From: Marsupella aquatica
Lineage: Eukaryota > Plantae > Marchantiophyta
Direction: 5' to 3'
NCBI GenBank assembly: GCA_973895155.1
Contig: OZ316895.1
Span: 23,076,558-23,140,557, forward strand
Length of the DNA: 64,000 nt
The position numbers and the translations under genes were made by a program. A model generated the notes under the pieces. That model was not told the origin of the DNA. It ran no database searches and saw only the letters and a program-made list of their open reading frames with translations. This document shows positions 1-11,096 of this stretch, piece by piece (within the stretch, counting starts at the first letter, position 1; each line of letters opens with the position of its first letter).

Positions 1-134
1 GGACTGCAATACTGTTTCACTTGTTCTAAAGAGTCAACAAACCTATTCACGATGCATGTATTTTATAGATACTAGCTAGTATTGAGACAAGACCATAATG
101 AATTATGTAGGTACTAGCCCAATGCCCATACATT

Positions 135-1030
135 GCACATAAGATGTCAAGGTGAGAAAAAGACGTTGCTCAGGTGAGAGAAAGATGTTGATGAGAGAAT
201 TGAGGTGAGGAAAAGATGTAGAGGAGAGAAAAAGATATTGAGGTGACAAAAAGATGTTGAGGAGAGAAAAAGATTTCAAGCGGTGAAAAAATGGGATCGA
301 GGAGAGAATAAAGATATTGAGGTGAGAAAAAGTGGTAGAGGAGAGAAAAGTATTTTGAGTTGATAAAAAGATGTTGAGGAAAAAGATGTTGAGGAAAAAG
401 ATTTGGAGGTGAGGAAATAATGTCGAGGAAAGAAAAAGATGGCAAGGCAAAGATATTGATTGAGGCAAGAAAAGATAGGGGAAAAGATGTTAAGGCCACA
501 AAAAGATGTCAAAGGAGGGTAAAGACATTGAGTAAACAAAAAGATGTTAAGGCAAGAAAAGATATTGAGACAATAAAAGATGTCAAGACTCAAAACAATA
601 TCAAGGCAAGGCAAAGATGTCAAGGTGTGAAGAACATATAGGCTTAGCAAGGTAGATGTTGAGTCATGTTATGTGTCATTGCAGCCATATATATAGTTGT
701 TGTAGCCATGTTAAGGCAAGGCAAAATTGTTGAGGTGAGGCAAAGATGTTGAGGCAAGTTTAGATCCTGGTTTAGATGTTGCAATGAGGCAAAGATGTTG
801 GGGTGAGGCAAAAATGTTAAGAAATGCAGACAATGCAAACAAATGCAAGTGAGGCAAGAAAGTTGTTTAATTAAACATCTCAAATGTTGTTGCAACCATG
901 TTGTCATTATGGCAAATGATGCAATCATTCCAATCATGAGGGTGTTGCCGCTATGCGGTTATTGCGGCCATGTTGTTGCCAAGCCCAATGCCAAAGCATT
1001 GCATAGAAACATTGAGGTAAGGTAGAGAAG
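135..1030. repeat. Degenerate purine-rich tandem/dispersed repeat (units like AAAAGATGTTGAGG(T/A)GAG)
   Basis: Many imperfect copies of aaaagatgttgagg/aaagatattgagg; the overlapping ORFs are low-complexity F/L/S-rich artefacts. Confidence 0.75.
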
Positions 1031-1785
1031 TGTTGAATGAAGATTGGGGTTTTTAGGCGAATGAAACTAAAATATTGGATCTGAAATAAAAAAATTCTGT
1101 TCACTTCATGTGAAATTTTTTGTCAAATGATTGTGTAGATCTTGTTCAAAATAGCACATGAAATTATGTAATTCAAGTCAACACAAAATTATGGGATAGG
1201 GCTCAAACGGGTAGTGTGAACATGCATAAGAGTCGGGTAAGAAATCTTTATTGTTGATGATATGAAAGATGGAACAAAAGTGGGGACAAAAGAGGCAAAT
1301 GGGGGCAAAGAGTTGGGCTCCTGACTGGGGAAAGAATGAGAGCAAGACTAATGGGGAATATCAAGCAAGGCAGGTCTGACTAACTTGTGGACTGAGAAAA
1401 AGTGTTGGGAGCTTGATCTTATTGGCCTTCATTACAGGACCATCCTGTCTTTGAAAAGTTTATAAAAAAAATGCTGGAGGGTTAGATGGAATAACAAAAT
1501 TTGGACCATTTTTCTACAATGGTATTAATAACAAATAAAACAAATCAAAAAATGTCAAAACAGTAGCCTTAATTTTTGTGATTTTATTTTATCTTGGAAA
1601 ACTATATTGTTATTGTTGTGAAAGCTTTGTTGTTGGGGAGAGCAAGGATGTGGGAGGGTGAGAGGGAGTGCAAGAGAGATGATGGGCCTTGGGGCTTTGC
1701 AGGGTCAAGGTGTGGTCGTCCAATGCTATTGGGACGGGAACTTTTTGATTTTTCTCTCCCCCTTTTTTCTATTCTTCACTCGTGA

Positions 1786-3447
1786 TTGAACCTGATTGGA
1801 CGACTTCAATCAGAAGAGTACTGGAAGAAAGGAAAACAAATCAAAACATCTGAGGAGGCAATGTTAGTAATATGCAATTTTGGCAGAGGAAGGGGACACT
1901 TTCAGCCGTGCTATGGCAGATACTACCAGCCACGACCAAATACAAACTTTCTTCATCCTCACTCTCATGCTGAACGTGGACGCAGACCTGGCAACTGTAA
2001 CTACTGCAACAAGCCTGGCCACTGGGAAGCAGCTTGTGACCTCAAGAAGATCGAAGAGCAGATTGCTGATCTACAGCTTAAAGTTGCAGATATGCAAGCA
2101 AACCGCCATCACCGACTGGTCAAATTGGTGGAAACTAACCCTGCAACTGTTGATGCAGATGTTGAAGATTACAACTTCTACTCAACCAATGAAGGTGAAC
2201 CAATATATTGAGGCCAACTTCACCGAAGTTGACACTAGCCGTAGCTCTACTGCCTGGATTTTAGATTCAGGAGCAACCACTCATGTGACTGGTGACAACG
2301 CCGTGTTTCACAAACTAACACCTGGAAATCGTTCCGGTTCAGTAGTCACTACCAGTGGCAATAAGCTCACCGTAGCTGGCCAGGGCAACATTTATGTTGA
2401 TGAGAATAAAGATATTCCTAAGGTTTTATATTTCCCAGGGTTGCAACGCAACCTTCTCTCGATTGGATCCCTCACAGATGTTGGTCACTTGGTTTTGTTC
2501 AACTCCAAGTCATGTCTAGTGTATGACAAAGACAACCCAACGAATATCTTCTTTTGAGGGAATTGAGAACCCAGGACAAAACTCCTACAAGCTTTGACAG
2601 CTCCTGTTGTCTCCAAGCTTCATTCTCTCTCCCGTGTGCAACAACATCATCACCTACTGCAGTCTGCGCCAGTTCTTACTACTGAAGTTCCCCCACCAGA
2701 TCCAATACATCTCTGGCATCAACGTTTAGGACACGTAAATCATCAGATGATTCATCATATGTCTTAGACCTCTATAGTTACGGGTCTTCCCAAACTTCCC
2801 CGTGTTAAATGTATTTGTGAGCCCTGTGTGCTTGGCAAGCACCATTGCAAGAAGATTCCCAAGCACTCAATGTCCCTATCATCTCGACCACTACAACTCA
2901 TCCACTCCAATTTATGTGGTCATCTTCAAAGTCCCAGTTCATCGAAGTATATACTCACTCTCATTGATGATTATTCTCGGTTTACTTGGGTATATTTTCT
3001 CTCATACAAAAGCCAAACCTTTGACACTTTCAAACAATTCAAAGTGATGGTTGAAAACCAATTTTCAACAACAATTGGATGTGTAGCTCTGTTCTGACCG
3101 TGGCGGGGAGTACATGTCCACCAAATTTCTGGACTTCTGCAAGACTCACAGCATCCGAAGAAAACTTACAGTTTCCCACACTCCACACTACAATTGCAGA
3201 TGATGGCTGTCCGACGACATTCAGCATTATTTGGCTCATTCTTCACCTCCTCCTCAACCACCTGCAGAGCACAGATCCATGCTGCCACCTTGCTACAACC
3301 AACATACAGCAATCGGAAGACTTGCCCCAATGCCTAAGGCTTACACTTGCGCCTACCACTAGAGCTCGGTGGACCGTCATTTTTGATCTACTCATTAGTG
3401 AGTTCAACGTGTCACGTTCTATCCTCCTTTACTTCCTCGAGAGGGGG
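1786..3447 (+). mobile_element. Ty1/copia LTR retrotransposon remnant (gag zinc knuckle, protease, GAG-pre-integrase, partial integrase), frameshifted, with RT/RNaseH missing
   Basis: CNYCNKPGHWEAAC (CX2CX4HX4C); WILDSGATTH protease; LQRNLLSIGSL; LWHQRLGH near 2711; RPLQLIHSNLCG...YILTLIDDYSRFTWVYFL integrase core; copia domain order; stops and frameshifts; polypurine tract gagaggggg at 3439-3447. Confidence 0.9.
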
Positions 3448-3818
3448 TGTTGGAACTTACTGTGTACTCGCAAGTTAGGTAGCGATAGATAGAATTGGTA
3501 AGCATGTGATTAGCTACTAGATCAGACTTAACAAGTCTTATGTTTGTTGTGCATAATTTTACAATTGTTTAGCTGTTAGATCTTAGGTAAGTCTGGAGGT
3601 CCGTTGATCCTCCGCCAAGTCTGGCCCTCTCCAACCCTACATATTTGGCCCGTTGCGGCGTTCTGAATACAGTTTTCTCAAATCAGAGATTATCTCCAAC
3701 TCCACCACTTCTGACAGATGGTCAGTAGCATTGCACGGTGCCATGGCGGATCCAACGGTGATACTTACCTTCACTAGGTTTTGCCTCAACCACAACATGA
3801 GTAATACCCTTGACAACA
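3448..3818 (+). mobile_element. Probable 3' LTR of the copia remnant (right end uncertain)
   Basis: Starts TGTTGG directly after the PPT; candidate ...CAACA end at ~3818; no matching 5' LTR seen in the window. Confidence 0.5.
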
Positions 3819-3849
3819 CTTCCTTGCCATTGTAACTCCTCTTTTCCTC

Positions 3850-4500
3850 TATGACTTCCTTGTTTTACTTGCATTTCTTTGCCCATCTTGACATATTTTG
3901 TGTCATGCACAAGCATAATTGTCACACAAATGTCAGCATGGATGCAACAACTGCATGGTGGCAATGGGGTTATCAAACAGTTGCCTCAGATTTGTATTAC
4001 TTTAAACATCTAATTCATTCAAATGATTCACTTCAATTCTTTAATATCTTTTGCATACTAAACTTGCACACTCAATAACATGACTGCAACAATGGCATGG
4101 TCCTAACAACACCACTGCCGCACCACCCGCATGGAAACAACAACACTATGGACGCAATGACCATAAGACCACAATGACAGCAACGAAAACATAGCGACAA
4201 TGACAATCATGCAAACCTGCGCATTGGAACAACCCCATGGCCACAACAACAACATAATGACAGAGACAATTGTGCAAACTCAAACATTCCACTACCCCAT
4301 GGCTGCAATGAGTGCATGGCCACAATAACAACATAACCACAATGACAATTGTGTAACTCGGACATTGAAACTACCCCATGGCCGCAATGACTGCATGACC
4401 CCAACAACAAGATGACCCAAACAACTTCCTGGACTCATCTGCAATTGTTTGCCTCACCTTCTCGCATAGCATTTATTTGCCTCGCTTGACATCTTCATGC
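3850..4500. repeat. Degenerate CAA-rich repeat, related in reverse orientation to the 640-1000 repeat
   Basis: Recurring ccccatggcc(a/g)caa / acaatgacaattgtg motifs; atggctgcaatg is the reverse complement of cattgcagccat near 677. Confidence 0.55.
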
Positions 4501-5494
4501 AGCCCATCTTCATGCAGCCCATAACAAGTGGTTTAGTGCGAGAGCACTTGACATCAAGTCTCTCATGATTATGAGAAACAGAGACAGAATCAAACAGAGC
4601 ACGACGGGTGCACGGAGCCATTTCGTTTTATGTTGTGGGTCTCTCCTCAAAGTCAGGTGGGTTGGTTCGCTCTTGCATGATGATCTATTCGGTTCAGATT
4701 TGAAGTCGAAATGCGGGGTTGAGAATTGAGGATTGGAGTCAAAATGCTGGTTGACAGAGAGGGAGATCCGGTGTGGATTGGTGTAGTAGGATTTCAGCTC
4801 GGGCAGGACTTTTGGAGTTTCACACTCCTGAACCACAGCGTTTCCATTACGTTGTCAGTCTTGCAGATAGTGTCCGTTTGAAACAAAGAGTGACTTTAGA
4901 GCTACGAAGAATTGCTCAAACTTGCAGGAATGTCCGTTTGAAGCAACGAGAGTTTGAGAATTTGAGCTCCTTTAGGGCCAGTTGTAACGGGAGAATGTGA
5001 ATAACCTCTGAACCAGTTGTAATCATAGTTTTTGCTGTGGTGTCAGCTGGAGAGCCGATGGAGTTGGAAAGAAGGTGTGGCGTGTCAATGTGAACTCACA
5101 GAATTTATCAATTGCACATAGATTTCGGAGTGTAACAGCGGCCTAAGGTCCAACAAAGAGTAGCTGCTGACCAGCTGGCAATAGCAAGCTCCGTGTTAGT
5201 AAACTAAGGGAGCCCATATCATGGAAACCAAGAAAGGTTTTTGTTCGCGTTGATCACCATTTTTCGACAGTTACATGGAGGGACTTTCATTTCGTCCCAT
5301 CAGGTGTAGGAGTGAAATGGGATGAATTCTATTTTTTGATTGATTTGAACATTACAGATGACAAGAGGTGAAGTTCGGAAGTGCGGATCCTACAAACGAG
5401 AGTCTCCATATTTCGTTCAGGGCAATTATCCAGCATAAGCAAGGCTGGCGGATTTCTTGGGTACGTGTGAGGCCTGAACAGCAACGTGCTGTCA

Positions 5495-8437
5495 ATGGCT
5501 TCCGCATTCGCCAGAATTTCTGCATTTTGTACAGTAGCTCTTCTGCTGCAGGCGACAGGGCTCCTACTTTTCGTGTTAGGATTTTTCCCAGTTAAGCCAA
5601 CCTTGAATGGCGTCAGTGGCACCCGAAGTTTTGTACCAGGCTGTGACATCGAAGATTTAGTTGAAGGGGACCATGGCCTTCACAACGGCAAAAAGAGTCC
5701 AGACCAAGAAATGGATGTAGTTCCTGCTCAGTATGATCGCTTGGTCTTCATGGTCATAGATGGCTTACCGGCTGAATTCGTCCTTGGGAACGGTGTGGAA
5801 GCCCAAAATGCTAAATTTATGGAAGCTATGCCTTTTACACAGAATTTGTTGTCTACAGGATCGGCAGTGGGATATCACGCTAAAGCAGCATCTCCAACCG
5901 TGACCATGCCTCGTCTCAAAGCAATGACTTCTGGTGCAATTGCAGGGTTTCTCGATGTTGCGTACAACTTCAACACGCAGGCTTTACTGGAAGACAACTG
6001 GATCGCCCAATTATCAAGAGCTGGGTGGAGGATGGTAATGCTCGGAGATAATACCTGGCTAAAATTGTTCCCCAATCTTTTCGAACGACACGATGGAGTG
6101 CACAGTTTCTTCGTCAAGGATACAGTGGAGGTCGATAGGAACGTGTCCCGGCATCTGGATGTCGAACTCGTGAGCAATAACTGGGACCTTTTGGTTCTCC
6201 ATTATTTAGGGTTGGATCATGTGGGACATCTTGGTGGTCGTAGCAGTCCCTTAATGGTATCAAAATTAAAGGAGATGGATGAAGTCATCATGAGAATCCA
6301 CCAGACAGTGTTGAGCAAGTCTAGCTTAGCCGGCAGGACTCTGATGGTGGTGGCAAGTGATCACGGCATGACTCAGTCTGGCAACCATGGAGGCGCCACT
6401 GCCAAGGAGATTGATGCTCTTGCCCTGTTTGTTTTTGGAAAGAACTCCACTGCCCCATTATATGTACAAGGACGTAACACGCGGGAGGCTTTTCAAGTGG
6501 ATTTGGTTCCGACAATTGCTTTGCTGTTGGGTGTTCCGATCCCTAAGAACAGCGTTGGCGCTATGTTGTCACATCTGTTTATTTCCTTGACCCCTGAGCA
6601 GCAGCTGAAGGCGCTGGAGTTAAATTCATGGCAACTGTTGAGACTTGTGCACGCCCGATCTCCTGGGTCTGTATGTGTACATGAAATTTGCCGGATTAAA
6701 CAAGTGGACAAAAGTGAATACTCTACGTCTATATCACAGAGCAATGACAAACTGCAGAATCTTTGCACTTCTTTCGAGTTAGCTCTGGAGTTGCAGCAGC
6801 AATGGAAACGCAAACGAGATAATACAGCAACCTCTGATGACTCGGAAGCCCCTACCTTTGAAATAGTGAAGGAGGCTTACGTGCACTTTATAAATCCCAC
6901 GTCTGAGTGGCTTGCTCGAGGCAGCACAGAGAAGCGCATCAACTTCCTTCTTTGTGGAAGCTGCATGATGCTGATATCAACTCTTTTCTTTTTGCTGGGA
7001 TTGCACAAAACGTGCAAGATTATATCAAAGGAATCTGGGTACCTGGTTACACAAACATCTTCATTGGTCAAGATGGTAGCATTTGGAGGAGTTCTTGCGC
7101 ATGCAGCAAGTTTAGGATCCAGCTCACTTGTGGAAGAAGAGCAGTACACTTGGCATTTTTTGATTTCCACTTTGTTTGTGGTATTAGCAAGGCTTTCATT
7201 TCAGGAATTGGGTGGAAAAAAACAAATATTTTCCATGAAAGCTTCGACTGTGACTTTATATAATAGTGTTGAACAGGTCGTTAAAATTGGTTTGCTGCTT
7301 TTACTTGGACGAATCTTACGAAGCTGGCATCGAAGTGGCGTGAATTGGGCTCACCTGCCAGACCTAGCAAAGTACCTTGAGAGTGGGAGTCCATTGCTTA
7401 TTACTACCATTCGTATTATTTGCGTTTCTATAGTGACACTGTTGTGTTGCAAGATGGTATCGAAGTCCTTACCACTCCTGTTGCAATCTATGGTTGTCAT
7501 TGCTCTGAATTTTTCTGCTGGTCTAATATTCATGTACATGACATATACAAGCACAGCAACAACTGATAACATCTGGGCAACATTCATTGCTCGGTTTATC
7601 TTTGCACTTCTGGGTGGTACGTCTTTGGTGGCAGTCCTCGTTATTCCTTGGGCCGTACCTATCAAACCACTTCAGGAGCATTCTTTAAAGGCCTCATTTC
7701 GCAGACATGTTCCTATTCCAGAGCCTTGCATTTCAACTTTGGATATTGTGGTGGAGGGAGCAACGGATGCTGCAGGTCAGGTGCTTGTATCATGCTGGTG
7801 TCTTGTACAGATGTTGTTGCAGCAACCAGTGAACGCTGGCCCCGTTCTGCTGCTCCTGCTACAGCTTGTATTGACATTAAGTTTCTTTCAGAAAGTTGCC
7901 CACTCTTGCCAACCATGGGTCCCAATCTTGACTCTGTATTGGCTTGGAGCTGGTGGTCATTTTGGTCTTGGTAACAGCAACACACTCGCAACTGTGGATG
8001 TGGCTGGTGCTTACATTGGATTGGCATCCCACTCATCCATCCTTTCCGGGATTCTTGCCTTCTGTATTACTTATGGGTCACCTCTGCTGTACATGCAAGC
8101 AGTGCTACTTGTGAAGTCTTCAAGTTATCAAGCTCCGGAAGGCATGCAACACTTTTCCCGGTTGTGGCTTCTGGAAAGCTGTGCTCTTCCAGTTGTGCTA
8201 CCCTTGGCTTTGAATGGCATCGTATTGATTGTCTTCACAGGGGTGCTTCTCATCATGCAAGACCATCTGTTTGTCTGGAGTGTATTCTCACCCAAGTATC
8301 TTTATGTCTGTATGACTACGTTTGCCATTTATTTTGGTACAGTTGTGGTTCTGGTGGTTAAGACCTACACCGGCGTTGTCCTTGAAGGGAGGATGCAGCG
8401 GAAAAACGCAGTTCTGAAGAGCAGCAAATGTGATTGA
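5495..8437 (+). CDS. PIGG: GPI ethanolamine phosphate transferase 2 (PIG-G/GPI7 family), single exon, ~980 aa
   Basis: N-terminal TM ending GFFPVKP; alkaline-phosphatase-fold motifs RLVFMVIDGL, PTVTMPRLKAMTSG, GDNTWLKLFP, SFFVKDTVEVDRNV, LHYLGLDHVGH, SDHGMTQSGNHGG; SSSLVEEEQYTW; many C-terminal TMs ending HLFVWSVFSPKYLY; first ATG at 5495. Confidence 0.95.
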   Translation: MASAFARISAFCTVALLLQATGLLLFVLGFFPVKPTLNGVSGTRSFVPGCDIEDLVEGDHGLHNGKKSPDQEMDVVPAQYDRLVFMVIDGLPAEFVLGNGVEAQNAKFMEAMPFTQNLLSTGSAVGYHAKAASPTVTMPRLKAMTSGAIAGFLDVAYNFNTQALLEDNWIAQLSRAGWRMVMLGDNTWLKLFPNLFERHDGVHSFFVKDTVEVDRNVSRHLDVELVSNNWDLLVLHYLGLDHVGHLGGRSSPLMVSKLKEMDEVIMRIHQTVLSKSSLAGRTLMVVASDHGMTQSGNHGGATAKEIDALALFVFGKNSTAPLYVQGRNTREAFQVDLVPTIALLLGVPIPKNSVGAMLSHLFISLTPEQQLKALELNSWQLLRLVHARSPGSVCVHEICRIKQVDKSEYSTSISQSNDKLQNLCTSFELALELQQQWKRKRDNTATSDDSEAPTFEIVKEAYVHFINPTSEWLARGSTEKRINFLLCGSCMMLISTLFFLLGLHKTCKIISKESGYLVTQTSSLVKMVAFGGVLAHAASLGSSSLVEEEQYTWHFLISTLFVVLARLSFQELGGKKQIFSMKASTVTLYNSVEQVVKIGLLLLLGRILRSWHRSGVNWAHLPDLAKYLESGSPLLITTIRIICVSIVTLLCCKMVSKSLPLLLQSMVVIALNFSAGLIFMYMTYTSTATTDNIWATFIARFIFALLGGTSLVAVLVIPWAVPIKPLQEHSLKASFRRHVPIPEPCISTLDIVVEGATDAAGQVLVSCWCLVQMLLQQPVNAGPVLLLLLQLVLTLSFFQKVAHSCQPWVPILTLYWLGAGGHFGLGNSNTLATVDVAGAYIGLASHSSILSGILAFCITYGSPLLYMQAVLLVKSSSYQAPEGMQHFSRLWLLESCALPVVLPLALNGIVLIVFTGVLLIMQDHLFVWSVFSPKYLYVCMTTFAIYFGTVVVLVVKTYTGVVLEGRMQRKNAVLKSSKCD

Positions 8438-9457
8438 GGAGAACGCCTAGAGTACGGTGTCGATAGTTACGTCAATACTTTGAAAGGATGTCTTTAGCGT
8501 CCTCTGCTGTCATTTCTGCAACTAAAAGAAGGCTTCAGCACGGCTTTCGTGAGCTTTTTCAGGTAAGAGATCTAGTTACATTGATGTGTTCTCCGAATTG
8601 GGATATTGTGGACCCTTTAAACCAGCAAGATTTCTCTGGTTTTTTTGTTCAAAAGATGCATGGTTTCGTGGAACTGAGACTAGAATATGGCTCCGTCAAT
8701 ATTGCAGGCCTATAAGACCCAGCCCACTTGATGGCGGTGGAGCCTGTGCTGAGGCACTGATTAGTAAACTTTTCTGGCAGATATGAGTTTGTCTACAAAT
8801 ATGCATATCACTTTGGATGTGTGCTGGGTGTGCTCAGAGTATTTCAGTGGGTGGTTGGGGATAGAACATATTTATTTGAAAATTTGACCAGTTAAATTAA
8901 ACTTTGGGCAAGATTTCCCTGCAAACTATTTGGTCCCTTACTTTCATGTGAGGTAGGGTATTGGGTTTATGGAGCCAAGTGATTTTGTACTGTGATTCAC
9001 TGTTTGACCTAAACTCATCTGGATAACATGTTTGTTAATTCAAGTCTAAACAAAGCATTTTAACAATATTTCAAATTTATAATTGTCCATTTTGCACTTT
9101 TTATTTTTTATTTCAATTTTTATATTATTTTATTTCAAACAAATTATTAATTTTGTCCCAACTTTCTTTCACACTTGCACACCTAGAATTTTCTCAAGTA
9201 TTTCATAACAAATTAAATGAATTAAAACCTGAGTTGGGATTGTTATTCGCTTGGTCTAAAGTAATGCTTTGGTTTCCAGGTTACCAATCTGAGGATGAAA
9301 TTAATATCACTATTATGTCAGAGCCCTGATGAGGACAGAGGAGGAATTTGTTGGTGTCTGGTGACGAATCTCTGAACTTCTTGAGTGCAGGTGAATGTTG
9401 TCACTCATGAGATTGACTCGTATGTTACCGTTTGTAGCAATGGGATCTGTAGGCAAG

Positions 9458-10479
9458 GCTTGGCTTGAGAGATATGTAGATGGGTGAACTGATCTCTCTC
9501 TGGTGATTATAATGTAAGAGATGGGCAAACACGAACACACATTCTTTTCTTTTAATTTTCTAATCTATATGTTGAGCAGTACATTGATGTGATCTATACC
9601 AAGATACGGGTTACATTTTCTTTTGTGCCTATTTTTGTTGAATTTGTTTTTAGGTGTCATGGATAAGTACAATGATGTCAAGAGGAGGTGTTGCTTCTCC
9701 GTGTTGCTCCTCTACCCAACTTTAGCTGGGACAAGTTAGTGGGTCCGACTATTGTGGGAGTTAGTGTAGGGGCGAGTTTAGGTTTGGGTTTATATGAGAT
9801 TCATAAGAGTATTTATTATCTAACTGACAAGTATGAAAAGATTAAAATTGAATCTGTAGTTATCAATGCCATCGGACTGCCGAAAAATGAAAAGAATGGA
9901 GAAAAAAATTATTATTTCTAGTTTTTTTTTTGTATAAAACATGACAGCTTTTGCTTTGTAAAGGACAAAACTTACCATATGTCCCTCACAAAGCAATAGC
10001 TATTATATTTCACACACAAGAAAACTCAAAATCAATTCTTTTTTCCCCATTTTTTTGATCTTCCGGTAATCCAATGGCGTTGATAACAACAGATTCAATT
10101 TTAATCTTGCTATATTTGTTAGCTAGATAATGAATATTTTTATTAATCTCATGTAAATCCAAACCTAAACCCACCCTTATACTAACTCTCACAATAGTCG
10201 AATCCACTAACTTGTTCCAACTAAAGTTGGTCAGAGGAGTAGTACGAAGGAGCAGTACCTCCACCTGACACCATTGTATTTATCCTTGACACCTAAAAGC
10301 AAATTCAACGAAAATGAGAACAAAAGAACATGAAACTCGTATCCTAGTACAGATCACGTCAATGTTAGCTTCAGCACACAGATTATAAAAAGAAAATGTG
10401 TATCTATCTGCCTATCTCTTGCATTAAATCACCATAAAGAGAGATCAATTCACCCATCTACATATCTCTCAAACCAAGC
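9458..10479. repeat. Large diverged inverted repeat (arms ~9458-9935 and ~10011-10479, spacer ~75 bp)
   Basis: gagagatatgtagatgggtgaa (9467) matches the reverse complement of ttcacccatctacatatctctc (10449); homologous ORFs 9688+ and 10264- face each other. Confidence 0.9.
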
Positions 10480-11096
10480 AAATAATATACGTTAGAAGAA
10501 AAAGCCAATAACCAAACAAACGGTCAACAGGTAGAAGAGGGTTTCTTGTAAACTTACATTCTACATGGCATAGAATTTGTATCCAAAGAGTGTTGGGACA
10601 CACAATTAGTTGAAGACACAGTTTGTCCGACAAGAGCAACCAACGAGTCTCCCCTTCTCTCACTTGAGTTGGTCGCCAATTTGTGAGAGTCTCTCCTTCT
10701 CTCACTTGAGTTGGTCCTTTTAGTTCCTGCATTTTTGGGTGAAAATAGGGCGTGAATTCCCTCTGCCCTCTGATGTAACGTGTTGCCATCGCCTCTCTTA
10801 TGGGCTGCTTCTAATGTGCCCAATTCACTCAATGGTAGCACGGGGTTCTGTGAAAAATTTGTTACATGCCCCCCCCCCAACTCCTCTTCTTTTTGGCTCA
10901 AGTTAAACTTTATTATAGTTTTCAAAACATTACAATACATTTATGAGAAGAAAGGGATAGCAGCCGATCCATGGCTTATGGCAGATTATTAATCGAGCAA
11001 TGTCAAATAACATTCAAGCTAGATCTTATGTCTGAAGCTTCTAAGAAGCAGGTTTGCATTTCTATGTGCAAGTTGCCTTTTCAGTAAATTGCTGAC

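Noticed and set aside
103-1025. Several overlapping ORFs of 60-124 aa
   Set aside because: Translations of a low-complexity repeat with no domain signal
5329-8361. Antisense and alternate-frame ORFs overlapping PIG-G
   Set aside because: Shadow ORFs of a long real CDS
10644-10716. Two copies of gagtctc.ccttctctcacttgagttggtc
   Set aside because: Simple local duplication; only two units and no cas genes, so not CRISPR-like
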